Assembly: GCA_963826525.1 (NCBI GenBank)
Contig: CAWGXH010000004.1
Location: 1,408,001 to 1,472,000 of the forward strand
Length of the DNA: 64,000 nt
DNA from: an uncultured Methanomicrobiaceae archaeon
GTDB lineage: Archaea > Halobacteriota > Methanomicrobia > Methanomicrobiales > Methanoculleaceae
Direction of reading: 5' to 3'
The notes beneath the pieces are model-generated. The model was not told the DNA's origin. It ran no database searches and saw only the letters and a program-made list of their open reading frames with translations. Made by a program: the position numbers and the translations under genes. Shown in pieces: positions 35,405-46,250 of this stretch (position 1 is the stretch's first letter; every line of letters starts with the position of its first letter).

Positions 35405-36742
35405 TTACTTTATCAGTACACTCTTTCCGTTCCTGAGAATGTGCATATCGTTTCCGATCGTGTACCCGATCTCCTCACCGAACCGTGCATACCCTCCGGT
35501 CATGCCGATATCCCCGTGGGAGGGGATGACATGCTGCGGGTTTAAGATATGCAGAAGTTCGTAGTGATCCTCGCGGTATGCGTGACCGGAGACGTGCAGT
35601 TCATCGAATATCCGTACACCGGACATTTTGGCGCGCGCCTCGACGAGATACCGCTGGCCGTAGTTCATGGGATTTGGGATCACCTTTGCCGAGAAGAGGA
35701 TCTTGTCGCCCTTCTCCAGTTTGTAGGGCGTATCCCCCATCACAATTCGGGTGAGGATTGCTCCCGTCTCGCCCTGGTGTCCGGTGACGATCGGGAGGAA
35801 CTTCTCTTTCCCCGACTTTATAATCCGCCGCAGCGTCCGGTCGACCGTCCGGCGATTTCCGAACATGGAGAGCGTCTCCGGAAACGCGACGAGTTTCATC
35901 TGCTCCGCCGCCGAGCTGTAGCGCTCCATCGAACGGCCGAGGAGAACGGGTTTCCTGCCGATCTCGTGGGCGCATTCGGCGATGGTCTTGACACGGGCAA
36001 TATGCGATGAGAAGGTGGAGACGAAGATTGCGTTCTTGTCGTCCTCGTAACTCGTGATCGTATCGCGGACAAGGTCGCGTGCAATCTTCTCGCTCGGGCA
36101 CCGCCCCCTATCCTCCACGTTGACACTCTCAATGACGAGTGCGAGCACACCCTCCTTGCCGATCTGCCGGAGACGTGCGAGGTCCGGCGGGTCGCCGAGC
36201 ACGGGCGTCCGGTCGAGCTTGAAGTCGTTCGCGTAGATCACCGCACCGCGGGGTGTGTGGAGCACGCACATGACCGTATCGATGATACTGTGCTGGGTCT
36301 TGACGAACTCAAGCGTAAGTGTCGGCGAGATGGTATAGCGCTGCCCGGCTTTGAGGGCAAAGAGCTTGTTGTTGACGCCGAACTTCTGCTCCCCGGCGAT
36401 CTGCTGCCGGATGAGTTCCGTGGTATAGGGCGTGCCGATGATCGGTGCGTTGTAGCGGTGGGCGAGTTTCGGTATTGCGCCGATGTGATCGAGGTGACCG
36501 TGCGAACAGACGATTGCCTTGACACTTCCCTCCACCGTGTTCATTATTGTGTCGTCGGGGATCGCCTTCATCTCGATCAGGTCGAGAGAATGCATATTTT
36601 CGATGTCTGCATCCTCGTGGATCATGACCTGATCCAGGCGGAGACCCATATCAAAGACGACGATCTCTTTTCCGCAGCGGACGGCAGTCATATTTCTGCC
36701 GACTTCGTTATAACCGCCCACTGCCAAAATCTCTATATCCAT
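35405..36742 (-). CDS. rnj: ribonuclease J (beta-CASP)
   Basis: GGYNEVGRNM, HGHLDH, DFKLD, HVSGH, IPSHG. Confidence 0.92.
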   Translation of the reverse strand: MDIEILAVGGYNEVGRNMTAVRCGKEIVVFDMGLRLDQVMIHEDADIENMHSLDLIEMKAIPDDTIMNTVEGSVKAIVCSHGHLDHIGAIPKLAHRYNAPIIGTPYTTELIRQQIAGEQKFGVNNKLFALKAGQRYTISPTLTLEFVKTQHSIIDTVMCVLHTPRGAVIYANDFKLDRTPVLGDPPDLARLRQIGKEGVLALVIESVNVEDRGRCPSEKIARDLVRDTITSYEDDKNAIFVSTFSSHIARVKTIAECAHEIGRKPVLLGRSMERYSSAAEQMKLVAFPETLSMFGNRRTVDRTLRRIIKSGKEKFLPIVTGHQGETGAILTRIVMGDTPYKLEKGDKILFSAKVIPNPMNYGQRYLVEARAKMSGVRIFDELHVSGHAYREDHYELLHILNPQHVIPSHGDIGMTGGYARFGEEIGYTIGNDMHILRNGKSVLIK

Positions 36743-36760
36743 GTATCCTCCTATTCTGTC

Positions 36761-37813
36761 TCAATAGTTGTTTTCAATCATCTCTCGGGATAGTCCGGTT
36801 ATGTACACATGCGTCCTCGTCAGGTCCTGGAGAGTCCTTGAACCTGTCAGGAACATTGCTACCCGGAGCTGCCGGTGGATCGTATCGATGGCTGCAAAGA
36901 GGTCGTCTTCACCTTGCATCGCCGGTTTGAGCAGCGGGAGCGCCATGCCTCCGAGGCATGCCCCGAGGGCGACGGACTTTGCAATATCAATGCCGCTTCG
37001 AAGACCCCCGGTCGCGATGACGGGGCCGCCGGTGCCGCAGACTTCACGTAAACTTACGACGGTCGGAATTCCCCATCCGAGGAAATCCTCGCCGAGCCGG
37101 GCAAGATTGGCGTTGGGCGCACGAAGACACTCGACGGCCGCCCAGTTCGTTCCTCCCCATCCACCGATATCTATGGCAGCCGCTCCGGCACCGAAGATCG
37201 CTCCGGCAGTCGCTGCCGATATCCCTGAACCGGTCTCCTTCACGATGATCGGGTGCTTAAACTCCCTGCAGAGGTCCCGGAGTGCTTCCAGGCATCCTCC
37301 CGCATCGTGATCTCCTTCCGGCTGGATAGCCTCCTGGAGCGGGTTTAAGTGGATGGCGATGGCCTGTGCATCGATCATCTCGACCGCCCGCTCCGCCCAT
37401 TCTATACCGTGATCGCGCAACTGGATGATTCCGAGGTTCGCGCAGAGAAATGCACTCGGCGCCTCCTCACGAACCACGGAGAAGCTATCCGCGAGATCCG
37501 GGTTTTCCAATGCCGCTCGCTGAGAACCTACACCCATGCCGAGGTTAAAATGCTCCGCGGCACGTGCCAGGAGCCGATTGACCTCCGTGGTGTCGGGGTG
37601 TCCTCCGGTCATCGCTGCAATGAATAACGGTGAGCCAAGGGGTGTATTGAGAAAGCGGGTGCCGGTATCGATCCGCTCCATATCGCACTCGGGAAGAGCG
37701 TTGTGCGCCAGGCGCACGTCGCCAAAACCGGTATCCCCCGTTTCGACGGCTCTCTCGCAGCAGATATTCAGGTGCTCACGCTTCCGTGAGGATGTTGCCG
37801 TACCTCTCTCCAT
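36761..37813 (-). CDS. fni: type 2 isopentenyl-diphosphate isomerase
   Basis: RKREH, AMTGG, GVGSQR, HLNPLQE, VKETGSG, GGTNW. Confidence 0.95.
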   Translation of the reverse strand: MERGTATSSRKREHLNICCERAVETGDTGFGDVRLAHNALPECDMERIDTGTRFLNTPLGSPLFIAAMTGGHPDTTEVNRLLARAAEHFNLGMGVGSQRAALENPDLADSFSVVREEAPSAFLCANLGIIQLRDHGIEWAERAVEMIDAQAIAIHLNPLQEAIQPEGDHDAGGCLEALRDLCREFKHPIIVKETGSGISAATAGAIFGAGAAAIDIGGWGGTNWAAVECLRAPNANLARLGEDFLGWGIPTVVSLREVCGTGGPVIATGGLRSGIDIAKSVALGACLGGMALPLLKPAMQGEDDLFAAIDTIHRQLRVAMFLTGSRTLQDLTRTHVYITGLSREMIENNY

Positions 37814-37814
37814 G

Positions 37815-38573
37815 TTATCTGCTCCTCCCGACGATTGTCCCGCCGTGGTCGACTCCGTCCAGGAATGCGCCGACCTTCGATACGTGGAAGATATTCGATT
37901 CTATTCCGTCATCTGCCAGCGTCAGCAGTTCGGTAATCTTCCCCTGCATCCCGCCGGTTACGTCGGTATTGCCCGATCCGCCGATCGCGATTGCCCCGAT
38001 GCCGGTCCGGTCGATGGCCGGAATAACGGCGCCCTCTTTCAGGACGCCCGGAACGTCGGTTGCAAGCCCGACCCGGCTGCTCTTCAGCCGGCGTGCCAGG
38101 TACAGGACGAGCTGGTCTCCGGAGACGATGCAGGCTCCCCGGCTTCGGTCCATGACGACATCGCCGTGGAGCACCGGTACGATACCGTGCCTGATCATCT
38201 CCTCGATATGCCCGGTCTCGAACGCGACCAGCCTGCCGTTCTCGGCAAGTCCCAGATCCAGCGGGTGAAGACCGACAGCCTCAAGCCCCGCGGCGCGCAG
38301 CGTCTCGACGATTGCGGTATTGAGCCTGCAGACGGCGGTATGGGTATGGTAGATGCCGGGAGTGTTCCCGGGCGTGATACCCTCCCCGAGACGATAACGG
38401 CGTGCTTCCGGATGGCCGCAGGAGCCTGCCCCGTGGATCAGGACGATCGCCTCCGCTCGGCGTGCGGCGATCTCCGATGCGATCGCCGTGATGCGAGCGT
38501 GATCTATCGCGCAGTCTCCCGTTTTATCGGTGACCACGCTGCCACCCAGTTTCAATACCACGGTTTCAGTCAT
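37815..38573 (-). CDS. ipk: isopentenyl phosphate kinase
   Basis: LKLGGSVVTDK, HGAGSCGH, VLHGD, SGDQ, DVTGGM. Confidence 0.92.
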   Translation of the reverse strand: MTETVVLKLGGSVVTDKTGDCAIDHARITAIASEIAARRAEAIVLIHGAGSCGHPEARRYRLGEGITPGNTPGIYHTHTAVCRLNTAIVETLRAAGLEAVGLHPLDLGLAENGRLVAFETGHIEEMIRHGIVPVLHGDVVMDRSRGACIVSGDQLVLYLARRLKSSRVGLATDVPGVLKEGAVIPAIDRTGIGAIAIGGSGNTDVTGGMQGKITELLTLADDGIESNIFHVSKVGAFLDGVDHGGTIVGRSR

Positions 38574-39435
38574 TCTTCTCTCTTCGGGCGCCTTCCGTAT
38601 CGATGGAGGTGATGATGGCTTTGCCCTCGCAGGATTCGATGGCACCCGCGACCCGGCTCTTTGCACGCCGCGGGCAGAGTGCGATGATGCTGCCTCCGCC
38701 GCCGGCACCGGTGATCTTCGCTCCGTATGCGCCGGTCGTCCGTGCTGCAAGGATCAGGCGGCTGCTCGCCGGATGGCCGACGCCCAGCGCCTCAAGGAGG
38801 GCGTGGTTGATGTCCATGCACCGTCCGAGCTCTTTGGGATCGGTAATGTTGTGCAGGGCGGTCATCGTGACCGCTCCGATAGCGTCGAGGATAGGGTTTA
38901 CGATATCGGGATGCCTTTTGCGGAGGCTCCCGACCATCTCGACCATCTTCGACGTGCTGTGCGAGACAAGAGTGTTCCCGACGACAAGCTGTAGGTTCTG
39001 CGGTGGAAGTCTGCGCTTGGACGAACCGGTGATCAGCACCAGTCCTCCGGTTGCGGAGACATAGGTGTCCGTAGGGCTTGCACGCCCTCTCTGGACCTTT
39101 TTTTCGATATTGAAAGCAATATCTGCGATGGCATCCCGCGAGTGACCGATATTGTACTCGTCGTTGATCGCACAGAGCGTCGCGACGGTCACGGCCGCGG
39201 ACGATCCGAGCCCGCTTGAACTCTGCAGCTGGGAATGGACGTATACACTCCCGCGCACGCCCATCTCTTTGAAACACTCGTCAATGTAGGGAGACTTCGC
39301 ATGCGTGGGGTTTTTCGATTTGCGTACGGTGACATACACACGCGGTTTGATAGCCATCGCTACTCCCGGCTTGCCGTAAACGACAGCATGCTCGCCGAAG
39401 AGGAATACCTTCCCCGGCGCGCTCCACGTTGCCAA
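38566..39435 (-). CDS. mvk: mevalonate kinase
   Basis: APGKVFLFGEHAVVYG, GLGSSAA, KITGAGGGG. Confidence 0.95.
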   Translation of the reverse strand: MATWSAPGKVFLFGEHAVVYGKPGVAMAIKPRVYVTVRKSKNPTHAKSPYIDECFKEMGVRGSVYVHSQLQSSSGLGSSAAVTVATLCAINDEYNIGHSRDAIADIAFNIEKKVQRGRASPTDTYVSATGGLVLITGSSKRRLPPQNLQLVVGNTLVSHSTSKMVEMVGSLRKRHPDIVNPILDAIGAVTMTALHNITDPKELGRCMDINHALLEALGVGHPASSRLILAARTTGAYGAKITGAGGGGSIIALCPRRAKSRVAGAIESCEGKAIITSIDTEGARREKND

Positions 39436-39436
39436 T

Positions 39437-40219
39437 CTAGATCACCGCTATCGCTGCGTACCCCACCACCTGATCATAGTCTCCTGTCACATCACCGCTG
39501 GTCGTATACCGAAGGAGGTGTCCTTTCGTTGCCCCGAGCGACCGGGATGCAATGCACATGGCTGCAATCGGTCCATACCCGCATGCGCTTGCTCCCACCT
39601 CGGCCAGGCGTCGGTAAAACTCCGGGATATCGAGCGTTTCAAGCGCCTCGATCGCATAGAGGTCGTGTTTCCGGGCAGTGGCGTCCGGAACATAATGTGA
39701 AAAGTCACTCGAAGCAACGATTCTGACGTCACGCCCGGTATGGCCGATCGCCTGCACGATATGCTCGGCAAGGCCGACCGCTCCCTCTATGCTCTGATCA
39801 CCCATCATAATCGGTGCGACCCGTGCGCGGGGGAACCGGTATTTGATGAACGGCATCTGCACCTCGAGAGAGTGCTCGCTCTGTTGCGACGCCTCGTCGA
39901 TGACAATATCGAGTGTTTCGACAAAGGCTGTATCGGTGTTGACAAGGCCGAGGGGCGTCGCCCACGGTATGGCGGAGGCACTGGTCATGTACCCCCGGTG
40001 ACTGGGACCAATAAGGACGAATGTACCGTCGAATTCAGGCGGTATGGCTGAAAAGGCACAGGCTGATGTCTCACCCGAATACACGTATCCGGCGTGGGGT
40101 GAGACAATGCCCCGTGCATCGAGACCCGCTGCCCTGGTTTTGAAGAACTTCTCAAGCAGCTGCTCGAGGTGGCGGGGCTCCGCAGGATAAAACGTACCTG
40201 CAACACTGCATGGGCGCAT
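39437..40219 (-). CDS. MEMO1-family protein (AmmeMemoRadiSam protein B)
   Basis: VAGTFYP, PHAGYVYSG, EHSLEVQ, SSDFSHY, CGYGP, VVGY. Confidence 0.92.
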   Translation of the reverse strand: MRPCSVAGTFYPAEPRHLEQLLEKFFKTRAAGLDARGIVSPHAGYVYSGETSACAFSAIPPEFDGTFVLIGPSHRGYMTSASAIPWATPLGLVNTDTAFVETLDIVIDEASQQSEHSLEVQMPFIKYRFPRARVAPIMMGDQSIEGAVGLAEHIVQAIGHTGRDVRIVASSDFSHYVPDATARKHDLYAIEALETLDIPEFYRRLAEVGASACGYGPIAAMCIASRSLGATKGHLLRYTTSGDVTGDYDQVVGYAAIAVI

Positions 40220-40251
40220 GTCTATCAGCTTGTGTCTCTATGCCTGCTATC

Positions 40252-40860
40252 TTATAACTCTGTCTCAAAGTCTTCCTGGGTGAGGGAGGTAGAGATCCCC
40301 CGGGAGCGCAGTATCTCCTTGGTGAGGAGGTAGTAGATCATACTGAGCGCCTTTCTACCCTTGTTATTGGTGGGAATGACGATGTCGACGAACTTGGTCA
40401 TGTTGTTGGTGTCGCAGAGAGCGACGATCGGGATGCCGGTCTGAACCGCCTCGGTGATGGCCTGGTGATCGCCGATGGGGTCGGTCACGACGATGACGTC
40501 GGGTTCGATGTATTTGTTCAGGCGCTGGTTTGTCAGCATACCGGGGATAAACCTGCCGACGACGGCCATGCCGCCGACAGTCTCCGCAAACTTCCTTGCC
40601 GGGTACTGACCGTACTGCCGGGAGGTGACGACCAGAATCTTCGTCGGGTCGAACTGGGAGAGGAACGTTGCGGCGGTCTTAATCCTCTCGTCGGTAGCCT
40701 GAATGTCTAAGATATACAGTCCGTCTCCGCGTACCCGGTAGATGAACGTCTTCATGTCCTTGCTCTTCTGCTGGGTACCGATGTGCACACCCGCTGCCAG
40801 ATACTCTTCGACTGGGATGAGTGGCTCTTTTAACTCAATTTCCATCTCGCTTCCGCTCAT
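40252..40860 (-). CDS. rps2: 30S ribosomal protein S2
   Basis: [25 protein letters not shown]. Confidence 0.97.
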   Translation of the reverse strand: MSGSEMEIELKEPLIPVEEYLAAGVHIGTQQKSKDMKTFIYRVRGDGLYILDIQATDERIKTAATFLSQFDPTKILVVTSRQYGQYPARKFAETVGGMAVVGRFIPGMLTNQRLNKYIEPDVIVVTDPIGDHQAITEAVQTGIPIVALCDTNNMTKFVDIVIPTNNKGRKALSMIYYLLTKEILRSRGISTSLTQEDFETEL

Positions 40861-42047
40861 TAAATCAGCTCCTCAATGCGTATTAGTTCGTTCAGTTTGC
40901 TCGTTCGCTCGCCGCCTACGACACCGGTCTTTAAGAAAATACATTCAAACGCGGTGGCAAGGTGAGCGATGGTGTTATCGGTTGTCTCGCCCGACCGGTG
41001 GCTCATGACGGTCTCCATGCCGCTTGACTGTGCGAGGTGAATGGCCTCGAACGTATCAGTGAGCGTTCCGATCTGGTTTGGTTTTATCAGCACGCAGTTT
41101 GCCGCACCCCTCTCGATACCACGCATGATGCGGTCGACGTTTGTCACGAAGAGGTCGTCTCCGCAGACGAGGCAGCGATCCCCGACTGCATCGGTCAGGT
41201 CTGCAAACCCGTCGAAGTCTTCTTCCGCCAGCGGGTCTTCGACGAATACAAGATCGTACCGGTCGACAAGGTCGACCATGTAGGCGACCTGGTCTTCGGG
41301 GCTCTTCGCACCGTCACGGTAGCGATACTGCTCGCCGTCGAAGAGTTCGCTTGCGGCAACGTCGATACCCATGTTGATCTCGACGTTCATATCGTCGGAT
41401 ACGGTGCCGATAGCTTCACTGACAATCTCGAATGCCTCTGCATCTGCAATCCGGGGTGCCCATGCACCCTCGTCGCCCTTTCCGCAGCCCTTGCCCTGCT
41501 TCCTCAGGATATCCCTGACCGTCCTGTGAACGGCTGCATTTGCAAAGACTGCTTCCTGTGCATCTGCAGCGCCCGTGGAGACGACGAGAAACTCCTGGAT
41601 CTCGGTGGCGTCGGTGGCATGGGCTCCGCCCCCGATGACATTCCCGAGAGGCAGGGGTGTCTTGCTGGAGAATGCTCCGCCGAGGTACCTGAAGAGTTCG
41701 AGGTCAAGAGAAGATGCGGCGGCCTTCGCACAGGCAAGTGAGAGTGCTACTGCGACGTTCGCGCCGATAGAACTGAAATCTGCAGTACCGTCGAGCTCCC
41801 GGAGCAGTGCGTCGAATGTGATCTGATCGCGAGTATCCTCGCCGATGAGTGATGGAATCAGGTGCTCCCGTGCGTTCTCTGCCGCATCCCGGGCAGGCCG
41901 AACTTTTGCCTCATACATTCCGGTACTGGCGCCGCTCGGAGCTGCTGCTCGTCCGAATCCGCATCCTGTATAGATGTCGGCTTCGACGGTGGCATTTCCG
42001 CGACTATCAAGAATTGTTCTTACGGTAATCTGTTCTATGGACGTCAT
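40860..42047 (-). CDS. eno: enolase
   Basis: ILDSRGN, PSGASTG, GDEG, GDDL, KPNQIGT, SHRSGET. Confidence 0.97.
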   Translation of the reverse strand: MTSIEQITVRTILDSRGNATVEADIYTGCGFGRAAAPSGASTGMYEAKVRPARDAAENAREHLIPSLIGEDTRDQITFDALLRELDGTADFSSIGANVAVALSLACAKAAASSLDLELFRYLGGAFSSKTPLPLGNVIGGGAHATDATEIQEFLVVSTGAADAQEAVFANAAVHRTVRDILRKQGKGCGKGDEGAWAPRIADAEAFEIVSEAIGTVSDDMNVEINMGIDVAASELFDGEQYRYRDGAKSPEDQVAYMVDLVDRYDLVFVEDPLAEEDFDGFADLTDAVGDRCLVCGDDLFVTNVDRIMRGIERGAANCVLIKPNQIGTLTDTFEAIHLAQSSGMETVMSHRSGETTDNTIAHLATAFECIFLKTGVVGGERTSKLNELIRIEELI

Positions 42048-42051
42048 CAGA

Positions 42052-42225
42052 TCACGACTTTCTCTTCACGGTGATAGGGATTACGCCGCACTCAAACTCC
42101 TCGAGTGCAATCTCAAGCGGTTCATTTTTAGCGGTGGTTATCAGGAGCGGCGCACCCATCGATATCTGTAGAGCCCGGGCACCAACGATCCGCGCTCGTT
42201 CATATCGAGTATACGATTCCATCAT
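42052..42225 (-). CDS. rpoK: RNA polymerase subunit Rpo6/K (missing from the ORF track)
   Basis: Hand translation [26 protein letters not shown]...IPITVKRKS*. Confidence 0.95.
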   Translation of the reverse strand: MMESYTRYERARIVGARALQISMGAPLLITTAKNEPLEIALEEFECGVIPITVKRKS

Positions 42226-42254
42226 ACGTCCTCAAAATTCGTTAATAATGAAAA

Positions 42255-42328
42255 TGGGGTCGCTGAGATTTGAACTCAGGTCACAGCATCCCGAACGCCA
42301 TAGGATGGCCAGGCTACCCCACGACCCC
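42255..42328 (-). tRNA. tRNA-Pro(CGG)
   Basis: Reverse complement GGGGTCG...TGGCG TT CGG GA TGCTG...GTTCAAATC...CGACCCCA. Confidence 0.95.
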
Positions 42329-42517
42329 TCACTGGTATGGATTCAAATCCTCCACAATTTCCTTGTGTGTCAGTAACATCCGCCTGCAGCAGTAGCGTTC
42401 AAGGCCGAGGTCGTCGAGGATCTGTTTAGGATCCTCGCCGGCACCCCGCCGCTCCTCGAACTCCTTCCACTTGGTGGATATGACTTTACCACAGGTAAAA
42501 CATCGTACTGGTATCAT
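42329..42517 (-). CDS. rpoN: RNA polymerase subunit Rpo10/N
   Basis: [17 protein letters not shown]. Confidence 0.97.
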   Translation of the reverse strand: MIPVRCFTCGKVISTKWKEFEERRGAGEDPKQILDDLGLERYCCRRMLLTHKEIVEDLNPYQ

Positions 42518-42552
42518 AGTAGTGTACCTGTCTCCTTTATATCCCTTGCGAT

Positions 42553-42960
42553 TTAACGATACGACTTCTGGAATTTCTTACGAGCACCGCGGCCGTGCGG
42601 CTTTTTCGTCTCTTTCTGACGGGAGTCGTTGACGAGCAGCGTGCGATCGTAGGTCAGGAAAATGTCCTTGATCTGGGGATCGTTGTGCCAGTCGACGATA
42701 CCGCGCGCAATTGCCGTGCGGATGGCCTCTGCCTGACCCATCACGCCGCCGCCGTAGACATCGATGGTAGCATCGATGCCGTCGAGTGCGGTCGGTATGA
42801 GCAGCAGGGGCTCAGAGATCTTCATGCGGATAAGCTCGGTGCCGTAGATCTCGAGGGGCACGGAGTTGATGCGAATCCTCCCCTTCCCGCTCTTTAAGGT
42901 TGCCCTGGCGACTGCCGTCTTTCTCTTTCCGCTCGTATTTATGATTTTTGCCATTGCCAT
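42553..42960 (-). CDS. rps9: 30S ribosomal protein S9
   Basis: [18 protein letters not shown]-terminal QKSYR. Confidence 0.97.
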   Translation of the reverse strand: MAMAKIINTSGKRKTAVARATLKSGKGRIRINSVPLEIYGTELIRMKISEPLLLIPTALDGIDATIDVYGGGVMGQAEAIRTAIARGIVDWHNDPQIKDIFLTYDRTLLVNDSRQKETKKPHGRGARKKFQKSYR

Positions 42961-42971
42961 AGTATCACCGG

Positions 42972-43394
42972 TTAGTATTTGGCTCCGAGATAGGTGCTGA
43001 CCGCATCGAGGGTCACGTACGCCGAGCTGCTCAGCCGGTCGATGTGCGCCTTTGGAAGGGACTCCATTTCCTGCCCCTCGAACTCCGACGGAACACCGAC
43101 GAATACTTTGACCTTTTTGAATGCCTCGATTCCCCGCTCGCGCTTGTAGGGGAGCATACCGCGGATGGTACGCTTCACGATGTGATCGGGCCTGCGCGGG
43201 AAGAACGGGCCGCCTTCGCGCGAGCCACGCTTCCTTTTTTCGTCGTAGTGCCCAATGACATGTGCGCGGGTACCGGATATGATGGTCTTCTCAGCATTTA
43301 CGATGGCAATCTCTTCTCCCTCGAGTGACCGTTTGGCAACGGTGCTTGCCATTCTTCCAAGCAGCAGTCCGCTGGCGTCGATGATTGTAACCAT
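42972..43394 (-). CDS. rpl13: 50S ribosomal protein L13
   Basis: [18 protein letters not shown]. Confidence 0.96.
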   Translation of the reverse strand: MVTIIDASGLLLGRMASTVAKRSLEGEEIAIVNAEKTIISGTRAHVIGHYDEKRKRGSREGGPFFPRRPDHIVKRTIRGMLPYKRERGIEAFKKVKVFVGVPSEFEGQEMESLPKAHIDRLSSSAYVTLDAVSTYLGAKY

Positions 43395-43399
43395 GTCGT

Positions 43400-43765
43400 T
43401 CACCTGAGAATCCGCACGCGGCTTCCCGTCGGGTTGTCCCGGACGAGCTCCTCGATGCTCATGCACGTACCGTCCGCTCCGGTGATCTTGCTCACCGCAG
43501 ACTCGGAAAAGTTCAGCGCGGCAACCTTCACCGGAAGGTCTAATAAGCCGCTGCCGAGCACTTTGCCGGGTACCAGGATCGTTTCGCCCTCGTTTGCATA
43601 TCGCCTGATCTTGCTGATATTTACTTCAGCGTAGTTCTGGCGGGGGGAATCCAGTCTCTTTGCAATCTCACGCCAAATATTCGCCTCATGGGTGCGTGAT
43701 GCATCTTTGAGCATCACGATAAGGCTGGTGAGGCGTGGGTTCGTCTTGTTAACTGACTTCTTCAT
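43400..43765 (-). CDS. rpl18e: 50S ribosomal protein L18e
   Basis: [21 protein letters not shown]. Confidence 0.96.
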   Translation of the reverse strand: MKKSVNKTNPRLTSLIVMLKDASRTHEANIWREIAKRLDSPRQNYAEVNISKIRRYANEGETILVPGKVLGSGLLDLPVKVAALNFSESAVSKITGADGTCMSIEELVRDNPTGSRVRILR

Positions 43766-44591
43766 CTGCACCCTCTCCCGTTATCTCCGTCAACACTTCT
43801 ACCAAGTCGTCTGATTTATTCTGGATATATTGCAGTGCTCTCTCGATGATCTCGCGGACCGGCAGGGACCCGTCGCCTTCGACGACAAAGATGAACCTGC
43901 TTTCATCAGCCTGAACGTGGATGGCAGGCTCTTCGCCGATCCCTCCGGCAAGGCATGCCTTCTCGCAGAGTTTGCACATGGAACAGAGCTCGATGCGTCC
44001 TTCCGCGACCTTTACGCCGCCGTGTCCCGCCTCAAGCACGCCCCGCGGGCACTCTTCGACACACATGCCGCATCCGTCGCAGTTCTCGTCGATGACGATG
44101 ACCGGGTAGTTCTTAAAGCCGCAGACAATGGTCGGTTGCCATTTTGCATGCTCTTTGCCGGTCCTGACGATGGCCTGCGCCTCGAGTACTATCTTCTGGT
44201 CTCTGGCCAGTTTGATGATAGGGACATCAGCCTCTGCCGGTGCGGCTTCGGGGTCCTGGGGGATCAGATCGCTTGAGTACACGACCCGCGGCCCTTCGAC
44301 GCTGAGTGTATAGGTTGCCGTGCAGACCGGACACCCGAGTTCGTCACAGGTGCACTCGTCCTTCCTCGCATACCTCCTGAGGTCTGTCTTGAGGGGGATG
44401 AGCCCGAGCCGGTGCGTCAGCATCTCGTCGAAGAGGACGCTTGTATTGTCATAGATCCGCACATCCTCGATGGCGAGCGTCGGGACCTCGCTGATCATGG
44501 CCCGTCTGATCGTATTGGCGAACGCAGGCGTAACTCCGCTCAGGACGAACTTCGCGACTCTCTCATCAGACTGAGCAAACGCAATATCCAT
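43749..44591 (-). CDS. rpoD: RNA polymerase subunit Rpo3/D with ferredoxin-like insert
   Basis: ANTIRR, HRLGLIPL, EHAKW; CDGCGMCVEECP and CSMCKLCEKAC. Confidence 0.96.
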   Translation of the reverse strand: MDIAFAQSDERVAKFVLSGVTPAFANTIRRAMISEVPTLAIEDVRIYDNTSVLFDEMLTHRLGLIPLKTDLRRYARKDECTCDELGCPVCTATYTLSVEGPRVVYSSDLIPQDPEAAPAEADVPIIKLARDQKIVLEAQAIVRTGKEHAKWQPTIVCGFKNYPVIVIDENCDGCGMCVEECPRGVLEAGHGGVKVAEGRIELCSMCKLCEKACLAGGIGEEPAIHVQADESRFIFVVEGDGSLPVREIIERALQYIQNKSDDLVEVLTEITGEGADEEVS

Positions 44592-44985
44592 TAAACTCTC
44601 CTGCCTCTCCGTCCGCCTTTGCCACGGATCCCGTCGTGCGGCACCGGAGTGACGTCTTCGATACGACCGATCCTCATGCCTGCACGAGCGAGGGCACGGA
44701 TGGCTGCCTGACTCCGGGGCCGGGGCTGCGCTGTTTCCCGCGACCGGGTGCGCGAACCTTCACATGAACGCCGGTGATACCTTTTTCCCTGGCGTTCTGT
44801 GCGACCTGTATCGCCATCTGCATTGCCGCATATGGGGAACTTTCGTTCCTGTCCTGCTTTACCACCATACCGCCGCTGCTCTTGGTGACTGTCTCTGCAC
44901 CGGAGAGATCGGTGACGGTGATGATGGTGTTGTTGAAGGAGGCGAAGATGTGTGCGACGCCCCACTTCTCTTTATCAGCTGCCAT
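44591..44985 (-). CDS. rps11: 30S ribosomal protein S11 (one-base deletion near 44711)
   Basis: [20 protein letters not shown]; then AAIRALAR...[11 protein letters not shown]...RRGRRV in a shifted frame. Confidence 0.95.
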
Positions 44986-44987
44986 TA

Positions 44988-45539
44988 TTATCTCACTCCT
45001 GCGCGTGCAATCCGGTCACGTTCGGGGTGAACCTCGTTCGTGAGCGGGGAGGGGCCGTAGTATCCGAGTTCTGCCTCTTCACTTCTGGAGACACGGTAGC
45101 TCGGGATGGTTACTCTGCGGCCGTTGATGGCGATGTGGCCGTGGGTGATGAACTGGCGGGCCTGTTTCGAGGAGCGTGCAAGTCCTTTCCTGCAGACCAT
45201 GGTCTGGAGGCGGCGGTCGAGCTGCTGCTCGACTTTGAGCGCGAGCACGTTGTCGATGTCGGCAGTCTCCGCCACGAGGCCGTAGCGGCGCAGGTGGGTC
45301 ATGAGCTGGTCGCGCTTCTTCTCAAACTCTTCCTGGTGCGTCGCTCCGGCGGATCTCAGTGCTACGAGTTCACGTGCCGCTTTACGGTACTTTCTGAGGA
45401 CACTCTGAGCCTTCCAGAGCTCACGCTTGTTGCGCAGGCCGTATTCGATGACCAGACGCTTCTCGTCTTCGATCCGCGTCTTCTCAAAGCGCCTCTTCGG
45501 CGTGGCGTACTGTTTGTGGTTCTTTCCTGGATATCCCAT
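44988..45539 (-). CDS. rps4: 30S ribosomal protein S4
   Basis: [25 protein letters not shown]. Confidence 0.97.
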   Translation of the reverse strand: MGYPGKNHKQYATPKRRFEKTRIEDEKRLVIEYGLRNKRELWKAQSVLRKYRKAARELVALRSAGATHQEEFEKKRDQLMTHLRRYGLVAETADIDNVLALKVEQQLDRRLQTMVCRKGLARSSKQARQFITHGHIAINGRRVTIPSYRVSRSEEAELGYYGPSPLTNEVHPERDRIARAGVR

Positions 45540-45553
45540 TGTTTACACCAGCG

Positions 45554-46003
45554 TTATGCTTTCTTCCTCTTCACACCGACAGTCGTGCCCGTTCTACCCG
45601 TGGACTTGGTGCGCTGACCTCTGACCTTCTGCCCCGTCTCGTGTCTGATGCCACGGTAGCAGCGGATCTTGCGCATGCGGTTGATGTCCTCTTCCTGCAT
45701 CATGACAAGGTCGTTGCCGAGGAGGTGTTTGGACTCGCCGGTGTAGATATCCTTCGGGCGGTTAACCATCCAGGTCGGAACCGTGGCGGTGTACGCTTCG
45801 ACGGCATCTGCAAGGCGTGCTACCGAATCGTCGTCAAGTCTTCCCATAATTGCACGCGCGTCGACCGCAGCGAGCTGGGAGATCGTCTGTGACGTGTGGG
45901 GGCCGATTCCCTTGATCCCGGTCAGCGCGATCTGCACTGCCTTGGTTCCATCGAGATCGGTGTTCCTGATCCGAACAAAGTATTTTATCTCTTCTTCATC
46001 CAT
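45554..46003 (-). CDS. rps13: 30S ribosomal protein S13
   Basis: [25 protein letters not shown]. Confidence 0.97.
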   Translation of the reverse strand: MDEEEIKYFVRIRNTDLDGTKAVQIALTGIKGIGPHTSQTISQLAAVDARAIMGRLDDDSVARLADAVEAYTATVPTWMVNRPKDIYTGESKHLLGNDLVMMQEEDINRMRKIRCYRGIRHETGQKVRGQRTKSTGRTGTTVGVKRKKA

Positions 46004-46051
46004 GAAATCGCCTCTTGACAGGTGGTGTCAGTGGTTGCAATCGTTTGGAAG

Positions 46052-46136
46052 CGCTGAGGGAGGGATTTGAACCCTCGAGTCCCAGGGGGACACAGGTTTA
46101 GCAAACCTGCGCCATACCAGGCTTGGCTACCTCAAC
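46052..46136 (-). tRNA. tRNA-Ser(GCT)
   Basis: Reverse complement GTTGAGG...CAGGT TT GCT AA ACCTG, long variable arm, GTTCAAATC...CCTCAGCG. Confidence 0.95.
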
Positions 46137-46250
46137 ATAGAATTTCGCATCACTCGATACTCGCAACACCATGAGGTGCTGCTCCAGACACAGCTTTCTA
46201 TGACTTGTGCTTTATATCGTGTGCAGGATTCGGTAATAACTGTTGTGGTG

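Noticed and set aside
44591-44985. Programmed frameshifting or pseudogenisation of rps11, purC, glyA and others
   Set aside because: Core genes, no common slippery sequence or stimulator, and indels scattered window-wide; sequencing error is simpler
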